Source: Pirellulales bacterium (lineage in GTDB: Bacteria > Planctomycetota > Planctomycetia > Pirellulales > JAICIG01). From it: a DNA stretch of 64,000 bases. Position 1 is the stretch's first letter; every line of letters begins with the position of its first letter. A model generated the notes under the pieces. That model made no database searches. It saw nothing but the letters and a program-made list of their open reading frames with translations, and had not been told where the DNA came from. The DNA lies in the NCBI GenBank assembly GCA_040901675.1, contig JBBDYJ010000017.1:64001-128000 (forward strand), read 5' to 3'. A program made the translations under genes and the position numbers. This document shows positions 7,425 through 17,006 of this stretch, in pieces.

Positions 7425-9989
7425 GTGGAACGCAGGCATCTCGCGTCGAAGCTTTCTTTCGGGCGGCGGTTGGCGTTTGAGCAGCTTGAAGTGCGCGTGC
7501 CGCCAAGCGACGGAGTGCTGGGACTGCTGGCAAGCGCGGCTTGGTTCCGCTGGGGAAAGGAACTCTATGCGGCCGGCGTGACGATCAACGACTTTGAAGT
7601 CGCATTCTCGCAGGTCAAATCCGACGCCCAGGCCGAAGACCCGTCGCTTTATTGGCTGGACGATTTTGACATGTGGACGATCCCCATGTCGGAGAACGTG
7701 CTTTATTACGACCCGCTTGAAGTGGACTTTGACGACTGGATTGCCGAGCGGGTCAAGCAGCGGACCGATATGCTCGAATCGGACCTCAATCTGGAGCCCG
7801 AGAGCGCTGTCGAGCGCTTGATGGCCCTTCTGGATCAGGCCGTGGAATTAGCGATTGCCAATGGCGGCTCGCTGGCCGGTGTCAGCCCAGAGGGCTTGAG
7901 CAGCGAGGAAGGGATCGTGGTTGATGATTCGGTGAGCACGTCCAGTTCATCCTGCCCAACCTGTCCGCCCATGCCAAACCAGCCGCCCGTCGCCGCGGAC
8001 GACTATTTTGAACTAGTGCATGACACCCACCTCGGAGGCAACGTCTTGAATGATACCATTCCGCCTGACGGCCCGCAGCCTCCGGTGTGGATTCAAACCA
8101 GCTCTACTTCGCACGGATACCTTGACTTTGAGTCAAATGGCTGGTTCGGCTACACGCCAGACCCTCTGTACGTAGGCTCCGATCAGTTCAAGTACATAAT
8201 CTACGACGGAGCGGACTACAGTAACGAAGCCACGGTCTTTCTCAACGTGACCAATCAAGCGCCGACAGCCAACCCTGACCCCGGTGGCGCAGAGCCGTTC
8301 TACCGTGCGCGCTGGAACGCCGTGCTCTCTGTCGCAGATGGGCCTCTGGACGTTCTGGTCAACGATACGGACCCGGACCAGCCAGACCAATTCAACCTTC
8401 AGGCGATCCAGGTCAGCAACACGTCGAACGGAAATACCGTCTTGCACCCGGACGGCAGCTTCGAGTACACGCCGAACATTGGCTTCACGGGCATGGACAG
8501 CTTTACGTACAAGGTTAGTGACGGCATCGCGGATAGCGCCCCCGCGACAGTGAGTATCAAAGTCATCGGGATCAATCTCGAAATCTCCGACGGACAGGGC
8601 GGTGCATTGCTCCCCGAAGAACCGGCACCGAAAAATGAGACCACTCGCGGTGCATACACGGTATACAATGCGAACGACACGGACGGTGACGGCAGAATCG
8701 ACTACGCTGACACAGAGGTAGCTGCGTACAAAACCACGTTCGGCGCTGCACCTCTCGGCGCTTTAACAATTACGGTGGCCAATTCGGACGGTTTCCTTGA
8801 AGAGGATCGGGTTCGCATCGGAATTCCTGACATCCATGGCAAGTACACGATCGGCTGGGAGGAACATCACATCGCAGCAATCGTAGGCAATGATGTGACG
8901 TTCCACGAGCCTCTGGAGGAGGCGTACCCTGGAGGCGCGGACATGCTTCATCCGGGGCGAGATGAAGTTGACCTTATGACAATCGTGTTAAGAGAGCCCA
9001 CTCACGAAGACCCGAATGTTCAGCAGGTCCAACTTGCCTGGAGCGGCGTCAAACTTTGGGAGAAGAGTACGAAAGAGATTGCGGTCACAAGCCAGATGCC
9101 AGGTATTAAATTCTACGATCTCGCAGAATTGCCAGTCACAGTTTACGCGGAAGCGACAACATGGAGCGGTATTCGAGACATTTCCATCACCTTAACGTAC
9201 GCGATTCCGCTCACCAACGGCACAGGCGTTACGGACAAGGTGCTGGCGACCGGAATTCATGCAAGCGCCTCTGCCGTGGCCGTTCAGACGGTAGACGCGC
9301 CGACCTTTTTTGGAACCGGGCCAGGCATGACGCCTACCTCATGGAACATAATGCCGAACCCGGTGCGCAATTGGATTGACAACATCATGGGCGGCGTCGG
9401 ACTCCGGCCGCGCTTGAACGACCCTTACGGGATTCATAACGTAATCGTCTTCGAGTACAGAATCTTTCCGTCTCGTGATCCTGCGGTATATGGCACCTGG
9501 GAGAGCGACGGCGTCATGTTCGATGCTACACGCCAAATGGAGGCAAAATCCTGGTTCAAAATCACCCCTAACTCTATCTGGGATCTTGACCACGACCAGC
9601 ACTTCAATCTATACGTTGAGGACCCCAACGATGATACTCTTAACACCGACGAAAGCGGTCTACCAGTGCTACCGCCCGTTCCGACCCCCCCGCCGCCAGA
9701 TCCATCACAGGTAGATACGGCGTACCGATTCTACGCGGCCGATGGACCGGGGATTATTCCCGGCTCCACTACGTTGCATGCCTACTTGGAGCGTTACAAT
9801 GGCATCGATTGGTTACGGGTTAAGTTTAATGGGGCTCGGCCAGCGGGATACTCCGGGTCTCGCGTATCGGCCGAGGTTCTGTGGCACGCGAGCCATGATG
9901 TCGTGAACGTGAATAACTTCTGGGAGCGGAGGCAAGGTGGTGAAAATGTCATCGGTGAAGGACATGTGCCATTAGGAGATCAGCCATGA
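7425..9989 (+). CDS. Large secreted protein: planctomycete export leader, two Ig/cadherin-like (Big_9-type) repeats, unknown C-terminal region
   Basis: RRLAFEQLEVR leader; NQPPVAADD...GWFGYTPD..YVGSDQFKYII and NQAPTANPD...DGSFEYTPNIGFTGMDSFTYKVSDG; DTDGDGRIDYAD Ca-loop. Lower GC than flanks. Confidence 0.75.
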   Translation: MERRHLASKLSFGRRLAFEQLEVRVPPSDGVLGLLASAAWFRWGKELYAAGVTINDFEVAFSQVKSDAQAEDPSLYWLDDFDMWTIPMSENVLYYDPLEVDFDDWIAERVKQRTDMLESDLNLEPESAVERLMALLDQAVELAIANGGSLAGVSPEGLSSEEGIVVDDSVSTSSSSCPTCPPMPNQPPVAADDYFELVHDTHLGGNVLNDTIPPDGPQPPVWIQTSSTSHGYLDFESNGWFGYTPDPLYVGSDQFKYIIYDGADYSNEATVFLNVTNQAPTANPDPGGAEPFYRARWNAVLSVADGPLDVLVNDTDPDQPDQFNLQAIQVSNTSNGNTVLHPDGSFEYTPNIGFTGMDSFTYKVSDGIADSAPATVSIKVIGINLEISDGQGGALLPEEPAPKNETTRGAYTVYNANDTDGDGRIDYADTEVAAYKTTFGAAPLGALTITVANSDGFLEEDRVRIGIPDIHGKYTIGWEEHHIAAIVGNDVTFHEPLEEAYPGGADMLHPGRDEVDLMTIVLREPTHEDPNVQQVQLAWSGVKLWEKSTKEIAVTSQMPGIKFYDLAELPVTVYAEATTWSGIRDISITLTYAIPLTNGTGVTDKVLATGIHASASAVAVQTVDAPTFFGTGPGMTPTSWNIMPNPVRNWIDNIMGGVGLRPRLNDPYGIHNVIVFEYRIFPSRDPAVYGTWESDGVMFDATRQMEAKSWFKITPNSIWDLDHDQHFNLYVEDPNDDTLNTDESGLPVLPPVPTPPPPDPSQVDTAYRFYAADGPGIIPGSTTLHAYLERYNGIDWLRVKFNGARPAGYSGSRVSAEVLWHASHDVVNVNNFWERRQGGENVIGEGHVPLGDQP

Positions 9990-10720
9990 AGATCGTTGCT
10001 CTGCTGTTTGCCGGGTTGACGCTTGCAACCATATCCGTCCTGTGGGTACTTACTATTCGCCATCATGGAACGGCAGCGCCAATCCAGGCGGCGCCAATGG
10101 CCGCTCGTGAAGGGCCGAAAGCCGAGACGAATAGGGGTCTCGTTTCGGATCGAGACCGCGTGGAGCGTCTCCTGGCGGAACTACAATTGGAACAACCCCG
10201 GCTGAAGGCGAAGCGCCGAATAGCCTTCCATTACAGTTGCCTGGTCGGGGGGCTTATCTCAATAGCCGGGACGGAAAAGGAAAGGTACGTCGAGCTTTCG
10301 GACCCGCGCCAGATCGCGGTGGAGTTGCTCGGGGAGTTTAGGTGCCTGGATGCCATCCCTACGCTCATTGAGCATATTGAGTGGCAGCAGTCGATGTCTA
10401 TTACCGACAATTACGAGTTTGCCGGCTACCCGTGTGCCATGGCATTGAGCCGGTATGGGATAGCGGCAGTGCCGGCCATACTGACCCGCGTGCGGACCGG
10501 CCCGGTGAGCGATAGGGAGATCGATTTGTTCGCGCGGCTAATTCGCTCAGCGTATGAGCCGATGGGGGGCGATGACGAGGCCATCAGCACGGTTGAGCGG
10601 ACGATAGACCGCGCCACCCAAATAGACAATTTGGAGCGACTCTTGCACAAGCTGGAAGAGCTAACCCGCGCGCACGAAAGAAGAAGGGAGCGGGCCAAGT
10701 CCGGGCCAGCAGCGGCTTGA
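9986..10720 (+). CDS. Hypothetical membrane-anchored protein with a HEAT-like helical segment
   Basis: ATGA overlap with the upstream gene, hydrophobic N-terminus and AVELLGEFRCLDAIPTLIEHI...YPCAMALSRYGIAAVPAIL. Confidence 0.65.
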   Translation: MKIVALLFAGLTLATISVLWVLTIRHHGTAAPIQAAPMAAREGPKAETNRGLVSDRDRVERLLAELQLEQPRLKAKRRIAFHYSCLVGGLISIAGTEKERYVELSDPRQIAVELLGEFRCLDAIPTLIEHIEWQQSMSITDNYEFAGYPCAMALSRYGIAAVPAILTRVRTGPVSDREIDLFARLIRSAYEPMGGDDEAISTVERTIDRATQIDNLERLLHKLEELTRAHERRRERAKSGPAAA

Positions 10721-10819
10721 GCAGCCATGTTCCCGAATGACCTCGGCGATCTCGTGTTCCATGGGTCTGCCGCCTGACTCGGCTCTTTCTCCGCGTCCTG
10801 CAGCCTAAAGCCTACCGCC

Positions 10820-11251
10820 TCATCCGCGGCGGATCTCCAGGCGCACTTCGCCGATGGGGCCGCCGGGCAGGTGCTCGCGGCCGGGACGCGGCGAAGGCGA
10901 CTGGGCGGGCAGTTCGACCTCAAGCACAAGTTCATTGCTCGGCCGAACAAGCCCGTGGACGTCAAACGCGGTCGGCACTGCGTAGCCGTCGATCTCGCCC
11001 AGCCGCGTCCCGTTGAGGATCGCCGCGCCGAACGTATCCACCCCGTCGATCACCAGCCAGACCCGCTCGTCGGTATCGAGGCTGCCGGGCCAATTGAAGT
11101 GCCGCACGTAACGGACGCGGCCCCGGAAGCCCGCGCCCAGCGTATCGCCCCAGTCCGCCGGCAACTGCACGCGACCCTTTTGCACAGGGCCCGGCGGAAG
11201 CGACTCATAGAGCCATGGACCCCGTAGCCGGATGCGATGCGGAACGGACAT
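10820..11251 (-). CDS. Small stand-alone GH2 sugar-binding-like domain protein
   Basis: HRIRLRGPW, GRVRYVRHFNWP, RVWLVIDGVD..AILNG..LG, FDV..L.RPSNELVLEV and GGPIGEVRLEI. Confidence 0.7.
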   Translation of the reverse strand: MSVPHRIRLRGPWLYESLPPGPVQKGRVQLPADWGDTLGAGFRGRVRYVRHFNWPGSLDTDERVWLVIDGVDTFGAAILNGTRLGEIDGYAVPTAFDVHGLVRPSNELVLEVELPAQSPSPRPGREHLPGGPIGEVRLEIRRG

Positions 11252-11280
11252 CGTTAAACGCAGATGGCGGAGGGAGGATC

Positions 11281-11530
11281 TTGGTACTTAGGACTTGGGA
11301 CTTGGGGGAAGACTTCGAAGCCGGACTTCGGCGAGCTCAGTCGAGCCGAGCCCAAAGTACAAGGGGAAAGACCTAAGCACCTCTCAGGGTCGCCAGAACT
11401 CTGGCGAGTCCAGCTACTGTCCACTGTCCACTGACTACTGTCCTGGGGCACGCTAACGCTTTGCCACCAGGCACCCGGCGTGTCTATTCTTCCTTCTTCC
11501 TTCCTCCTTCCTCCTTCCTCCTTTTCTTCC
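11281..11530. repeat. Composite repeat patch: heptamers, 24-nt element B (11324-11347), GTAG-REP variant (11391-11417), family A (11443-11477)
   Basis: Each component matches copies elsewhere in the window. Confidence 0.8.
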
Positions 11531-12494
11531 ACGCGATCACCTCGCGAATGATGTCGCCCAGCCCATAGCGGGGGCGGTGCTCGATCGTCTGGCGCAGCCG
11601 AGAGAGATCGGGAACGCGGCAGCGGATGTCTTCGAAGTCGGGGCTGTAGGCCTCGGCATAGCTTTGGAATTCGATCGGCAGCGAGGGGTCGACCTCGGCG
11701 ATCACCTGCTGGGCCAACTCCAGAATGCTCACGGGCTGATCGCTGCCGATGTTGAAAACGCGGCCCAGGGCCGAGGGGGTCTGCATCAGCTCCAGCACGG
11801 CCTCGACCACGTCGGATACGTGGCCGAAACAGCGGACCTGGCGCCCGTCGTCGTGGACCACGAGAGGGCGGCCGGCCAGGGCGGCGTCGACGAAGCGGGG
11901 CAGCACCATGCCGTAGCGGCCGGTCTGGCGCGGGCCTACGACGTTGAAAAAACGGCCGATGACCACTTCCAGGCCGTGCTCGCGCCAGTGCGCCAGGGCC
12001 AGGAACTCGTCGACCGCCTTCGAGACGCCATACGACCAGCGGGCCCGCGTGGTGGGGCCGAACACCAGGTCGTCGTCTTCGGTCCAGGTCGGCTTGGCGT
12101 TCTTGCCGTAGACTTCGCTGGTGCTGGCCAGAAAAAGCCGTATCGAATGGCCCCGCTGGTGCTCGGCGCGCAGCGCGCCGAGCAACAGCTCGGTGGGATA
12201 GATGTTGGTCTCGATGGTGCGGATCGGATTGCTGGCGATCAACTCAACGCCCACGGCGGCGGCGAGGTGGTAGACCTGGTCGGCATCGGCCACGAGCCGC
12301 CGCACCAGATCGGCCTCGGCCACCGAGCCGGCGACGTAGGTAAAGAGGGGGTGGGAGCGGATGGCCGCCAGGTTGTCGGCCGTGCCGGTCGACTCGTCGT
12401 CGACGACCGTGACGTGGCGTCCGCGCTCGATGAGCGCCTCGGCCAGATGGCTGCCGATGAAGCCCGCGCCGCCGGTGATCAGCACGTGTGCCAC
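11484..12494 (-). CDS. NAD-dependent nucleotide-sugar epimerase/dehydratase
   Basis: LITGGAGFIGSHL, YHLAAAVGV, ASTSEVYGK, RWSYGVSK (YxxxK) and RFFNVVGPRQTGRYGMVLPRF. Confidence 0.92.
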   Translation of the reverse strand: MAHVLITGGAGFIGSHLAEALIERGRHVTVVDDESTGTADNLAAIRSHPLFTYVAGSVAEADLVRRLVADADQVYHLAAAVGVELIASNPIRTIETNIYPTELLLGALRAEHQRGHSIRLFLASTSEVYGKNAKPTWTEDDDLVFGPTTRARWSYGVSKAVDEFLALAHWREHGLEVVIGRFFNVVGPRQTGRYGMVLPRFVDAALAGRPLVVHDDGRQVRCFGHVSDVVEAVLELMQTPSALGRVFNIGSDQPVSILELAQQVIAEVDPSLPIEFQSYAEAYSPDFEDIRCRVPDLSRLRQTIEHRPRYGLGDIIREVIAWKKRRKEEGGRKKEE

Positions 12495-12504
12495 AATCGC
12501 CAGC

Positions 12505-13599
12505 TTAATCCAAGCGCCGGCCGGGCGAAACCTTGTCGGGCGGGCGGAAGCTGACGTCGGGCTCGGCCTTGTGCCCGGGGCCCTGGATCGGCGGCTTGGG
12601 CGGGTGGCCGCGGCGCGCGGCGATGATCGAGGCGGCGATGGAGATGCCCAACAGTGCTATGACGACCAGCAGCGAGAACCAGGGGGGCGGTTTCACGATC
12701 CATTGCTGGACCCAGGGGACCGGCATGCCGACGGCATTGAGGAACCAGGCAGGTGGTTGTTCAAACCACGCCGCCAGCATCTTGAAGCCGACGTAGACCA
12801 GGATGGCGCTGAGCCCGTACCGCAGGTAGCGGAACATGTCCATCACGCCGGCCAGCAGGAAGTAGAGCGCCCGCAGACCCAGGATGGCAAAGATGTTGGA
12901 GGTAAAAACGATGTACGGGTCCTGGGTAATCCCGAAGATGGCCGGCACGCTGTCGACGGCAAAGGCCACGTCGGTGCTTTCGACCACCAGCAGCACCAGG
13001 AACAAGGGGGTGACCTTGCGGCGGCCATCCTCCACGACAAAGAAGCGCTGGCCATGGTTCTGCCGGGAAACGGGCAGCAGGCGGCGGGCCAATCGCAGCA
13101 CGATGCTGGCCTCGGGGTCGACGCTTTCATCGTGCCAGATCAGCTTGAAGCCGGTCCAGACCAGAAACGCCCCCAGGACATAGATGACCCAGTGGTACTG
13201 CTTGAGCACCGCGGCGCCGATCAGAATGAACGTCAGCCGCATGACGATCGCGCCCAGGATGCCCCAGAACAGGACCCGGTACTGGTATTTCTTGGGGACG
13301 CGAAAGAAGCTGAAGATCACCGCGAATACAAAGACGTTGTCCATCGACAACGACCATTCGACGATGTAGGCGGTCAGGAAATGGACCGCGTCGGGACCGC
13401 CGCGCTGGAGCCAGACCAGGAGATTGAAGCCCATGGCCAGGCTGAACCAGACCAGGGTCCAGATGGCCGCCTCCCGCAGCGTCGTTTCACGGGAGTGCTT
13501 ATGGAACACGCCCAGGTCCAAGACCAGCATGCTGACCACAAAGGCGGCAAAGGCCAACCAGTGCCAGTATTCGGCAAACCAGGCGAGGACTTGATCCAA
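12505..13599 (-). CDS. terC: TerC/Alx family integral membrane protein
   Basis: EWSLSMDNVFVF, QYRVLFWGILGAIVMR, ESTDVAFAVDSVPAIF and SNIFAILGLRALYF. Confidence 0.92.
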   Translation of the reverse strand: MDQVLAWFAEYWHWLAFAAFVVSMLVLDLGVFHKHSRETTLREAAIWTLVWFSLAMGFNLLVWLQRGGPDAVHFLTAYIVEWSLSMDNVFVFAVIFSFFRVPKKYQYRVLFWGILGAIVMRLTFILIGAAVLKQYHWVIYVLGAFLVWTGFKLIWHDESVDPEASIVLRLARRLLPVSRQNHGQRFFVVEDGRRKVTPLFLVLLVVESTDVAFAVDSVPAIFGITQDPYIVFTSNIFAILGLRALYFLLAGVMDMFRYLRYGLSAILVYVGFKMLAAWFEQPPAWFLNAVGMPVPWVQQWIVKPPPWFSLLVVIALLGISIAASIIAARRGHPPKPPIQGPGHKAEPDVSFRPPDKVSPGRRLD

Positions 13600-13826
13600 G
13601 ATTTTGTCTTTGAGCGGGTTCGTTCGGACGGAAACCAGCCGCCGAGCGCGGCGGAGTCTGCGTCATCATAGAAAGGGGGCTGGATTTGGGCAACCGGCCT
13701 GCCGGCGGGGCTCGGGAGGCCCCAAAATTGCTTTTTGGCTGGAAAACGCGCCCGGCAAGTGAAATAATTACTGCCAGGCTCCGCCGTGACGCCGCCGGAA
13801 CTGAGACACCCTCGAGAGGTACATGA

Positions 13827-16800
13827 ATGAAGGCCGGTTTCCTGGCCCGATGTGTGCTTTACGCGCTGCCGGCCTTGCCCATTTGCTGGTTGCTGGCCGG
13901 TGGACAACCCGGCGGGCCGGCTGAGGCGGCCGCCCAGCAGGCAAGCGACGCGGCCACGCGGCAATATGCGGCGGCGGCCGCCCTGCAAAACCGCGAACAG
14001 TACGAGCTGGCCGCGGAAGAATGGGCTTCGTTTCTCGGCGACTTTCCCTCCGACGAGCGCGCGGGCCGCGCCCAGCACTACCTGGGCATCTGCCACCTGA
14101 AGAACAAGGAGTACGAAGCGGCACTGGCGGCCTTCGAAAAAGTCATTGCCGACTATCCCGAGACCGACCTCTTGTCGTCGACCCACCTGCACCTGGGATT
14201 GACGCACTACAACCTGGCCGTGGCGGGCCGCAAGCCGTTGTACGACAAGGCGCTCGCGACGTTCGCCGCCTTGCTCGATCGCTATCCCGAGAGCAAGGAG
14301 GCGGCCCAGGCCCGCTTCTACTCGGGAGAATCGCTCTATGCGCAAGGCAAGAAACCGCAAGCGGTCTCGAAATATCGCGAGCTGATCGACAAGCACCCTG
14401 ACGACCCGCTGGTGGACGACGCCCTGTACGCCATGGGCGTCGCCCAGGAGGAGCTGGGTGAGGCCGCGGCAGCGGGAGCGACGTACGACGCTTATCTGAA
14501 GCGCTTCGCGGACGAAGCGCTGGCGGCGGAAGTCGGGTTGCGGCGGGGCGAGACGCTGGCCGCACAGGGCCAATTGGAGGCGGCGGAGAAATGGTTTGCC
14601 GCGGCGGCGGCCAAACCAGGGTTTTCCCTGGCCGACCTGGCGCTGATGCGGCAGGCGGCCACGTTGTACGAGCGGCGTCAGTATGCCGAGGCGGCCGAGG
14701 TATATGCTTCGCTGCCGCAAAAGTTTGCCCGCTCGAAGCACACGGGGGCGGCCGGCCTTGCGGCGGGCAAGTGCCTGTACCTGGCCGGCAGTTTTGCGGA
14801 AGCCCGGCAGGCGCTGACCAAGGTGGTTCTCGAAGGCGGGCAGGAAGCGCTGGAGGCCGCTCATTGGCTGGCGCGCAGCCATCTGAAGGAAGGCCAGCCG
14901 GACGAAGCGTTGCGGATCGCCACGGCCGCGATTGCCAAGGCGGCTGACAGTCCCCTGGCGGCCAGCTTGGAAATGGACCGGGCCGACGCCTTGTACGAGA
15001 TACCGCAGCGGCGGCCGGAATCGGCGGCGCTCTACGCCGCACTGGCCGACAGGCATCCCGACGACGCGCTGGCTCCCCAGGCCTTGTACATGGCGTCGTT
15101 CGCGGCCTTGGGGGCGGGGCAGCACGAGGCGGCCCTGGTCCACGCCGTGAAATTCATGAGGCGTTTTGCCGATCACGAGCTGACCGCGGACGTGACGTAC
15201 GTGGCCGCCGAGAGTTATCTGCAATTGGGCAAATACCCGGAATCGGGGCGGCTCTACAAGCACTTGTTGGACAAGTTCCCCAAGCACGCGGAGACGCCTA
15301 CCTGGCAGGTGCGCCGCGGGCTGGCGTTGTACTTAGACAAGCAGCATGGCCAGGCCATCGAGGCCCTGGCCGCGGCGTTGCCGGCGCTGGGCTCGACCGA
15401 GCTGGCCGCCGAAGCGCATTACGTGATCGGCAGCAGCCAGAATGAGCTGGGGCGGTTCGAGGAGGCTGCGCGGTCGCTTGACCAGTCGTTGAAGGTCGAT
15501 CCCAACTGGCGTCAGGCCGACGAGGCGCTGTTGGGCCTGGCGTATGCCAGGAGGCAGTTGAACGACTTGAGCCAGGCGCGGGCGCTGCTCGAACAGTTGA
15601 TCGCCCGCTTTCCGAACAGCCGCGTGCTCGACCGGGCTCATTACCGACTGGGTGAATACGCGTATGCCGCCGGAGACTACGCGGCCGCGGCCGCCGAGTA
15701 TCGCCGGGTGATCGACGACTTCGGCGACAGCCCGCTGGCATTGCAGGCCGTCTACGCGCTGGGCTGGACGCAGAACAGCCAGCACGATTACGAGGCCGCG
15801 GAGGATACTTTCGACATCTTACTGGCCGGGCAGCCGCCGGCAGAGCTGGCAGGGCGGACGCGTTACGCGCGCGGACTGGCTCGCCAGCAACTCAAGCGGT
15901 ATGCCGCGGCGATCGACGACCTGCAGACGTTTTTGAGGGATCATCCGGGCGCGGCCGAGAAGTCCGACGCGCGCTACGTGCTGGCTTTGTGCCAGGTCGG
16001 GATCGAAAAGCCCAATGAAGCGGTGGCCACATTGCGGCGGCTGCTGGACGACGATCCCCGGTATTCCGGGGCCGACAAAGTTCTCTACGAGTTGGGCTGG
16101 GCGCTGGAGTCGTTGAACGATTCCGAAGCGGCCGCCGAGGCCTTTACCCGGCTGGCGGCCGAGCACGGCGACAGTCCGCTGGCGGCCGAAGCCCGCTATC
16201 ACGTGGCCGAGGCCCGCTACGAGGAGGGCGATTTCAAGCAGGCAGCCTCGGCGTATTACGCGGCCATGCAAGCGGCCGGCAAGTCGGAGCTCGCCGAGAA
16301 AGCGGCCCACAAGCTGGGCTGGTCGTTCTTCAAGCAGGACCAGTTCGACAAGGCGCAGCAGGCGTTCGCCTATCAGCGGGCCACGTGGCCGCAAGGCGGC
16401 CTGGCGGCCGACGGGGCTTTCATGGAGGCGGAGTCGCTGTTCAAGCAGGGCAAGTTCGACGAGGCATCGGCTGCCTACGGGCAGGTGGGCAGCGGCGCCA
16501 GCAAGGATTTTTCGGTGCTGGCCCTGTTGCACGCCGGCCAGGCGGCCGGGCAACTGAAGCAGTGGGAGAAGAGCCTGGAACTGCTCAAGCGGGCGGCCGC
16601 CGAACACCGCGACTCCGAGTACATTCCCGAAATCCTCTACGAGCAAGGCTGGGCGCTAAAGAACCTCGACCGGCTCGACGAGGCGATGCAGGCGTTCGAG
16701 GCGGCCACGGCCAAAACCGACCGCGAGGTCGCCGCCCGGGCCCGCTTCATGGTCGGCGAGATCCATTTCGAGAACAAGAATCACGCCGAGGCGGTCCGCA

Positions 16801-16994
16801 ACTTCTTCAAGGTGGCTTACGGCTACAGCTACCCGACGTGGCAGGCCAACGCACACTACGAGGCCGGACGATGCTTCGAGGTGCTGCGCAAGAACGACCA
16901 GGCCCAGAAGAGTTACCAGGAAGTGGTCGACAAGTTCCCCGACAGCGACAAGGCGGCCCTGGCCAAAGAGCGGCTGGCGGCCCTGAAAAGCTAA
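13827..16994 (+). CDS. Secreted 1055-aa all-TPR protein (CpoB/YbgF- or BamD-like repeats)
   Basis: Signal-like N-terminus and repeated units of the type A.Y.LG......Y..A...F..L...(Y/F)P.S along the whole length. Confidence 0.88.
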   Translation: MKAGFLARCVLYALPALPICWLLAGGQPGGPAEAAAQQASDAATRQYAAAAALQNREQYELAAEEWASFLGDFPSDERAGRAQHYLGICHLKNKEYEAALAAFEKVIADYPETDLLSSTHLHLGLTHYNLAVAGRKPLYDKALATFAALLDRYPESKEAAQARFYSGESLYAQGKKPQAVSKYRELIDKHPDDPLVDDALYAMGVAQEELGEAAAAGATYDAYLKRFADEALAAEVGLRRGETLAAQGQLEAAEKWFAAAAAKPGFSLADLALMRQAATLYERRQYAEAAEVYASLPQKFARSKHTGAAGLAAGKCLYLAGSFAEARQALTKVVLEGGQEALEAAHWLARSHLKEGQPDEALRIATAAIAKAADSPLAASLEMDRADALYEIPQRRPESAALYAALADRHPDDALAPQALYMASFAALGAGQHEAALVHAVKFMRRFADHELTADVTYVAAESYLQLGKYPESGRLYKHLLDKFPKHAETPTWQVRRGLALYLDKQHGQAIEALAAALPALGSTELAAEAHYVIGSSQNELGRFEEAARSLDQSLKVDPNWRQADEALLGLAYARRQLNDLSQARALLEQLIARFPNSRVLDRAHYRLGEYAYAAGDYAAAAAEYRRVIDDFGDSPLALQAVYALGWTQNSQHDYEAAEDTFDILLAGQPPAELAGRTRYARGLARQQLKRYAAAIDDLQTFLRDHPGAAEKSDARYVLALCQVGIEKPNEAVATLRRLLDDDPRYSGADKVLYELGWALESLNDSEAAAEAFTRLAAEHGDSPLAAEARYHVAEARYEEGDFKQAASAYYAAMQAAGKSELAEKAAHKLGWSFFKQDQFDKAQQAFAYQRATWPQGGLAADGAFMEAESLFKQGKFDEASAAYGQVGSGASKDFSVLALLHAGQAAGQLKQWEKSLELLKRAAAEHRDSEYIPEILYEQGWALKNLDRLDEAMQAFEAATAKTDREVAARARFMVGEIHFENKNHAEAVRNFFKVAYGYSYPTWQANAHYEAGRCFEVLRKNDQAQKSYQEVVDKFPDSDKAALAKERLAALKS

Positions 16995-17006
16995 TTGAGG
17001 TACACC

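Noticed and set aside
13600..13826. yybP-ykoY (Mn) riboswitch upstream of terC
   Set aside because: Expected for this gene family, but I could not find the GGGGAGTAG-type core on the minus strand. An Infernal search would settle it.
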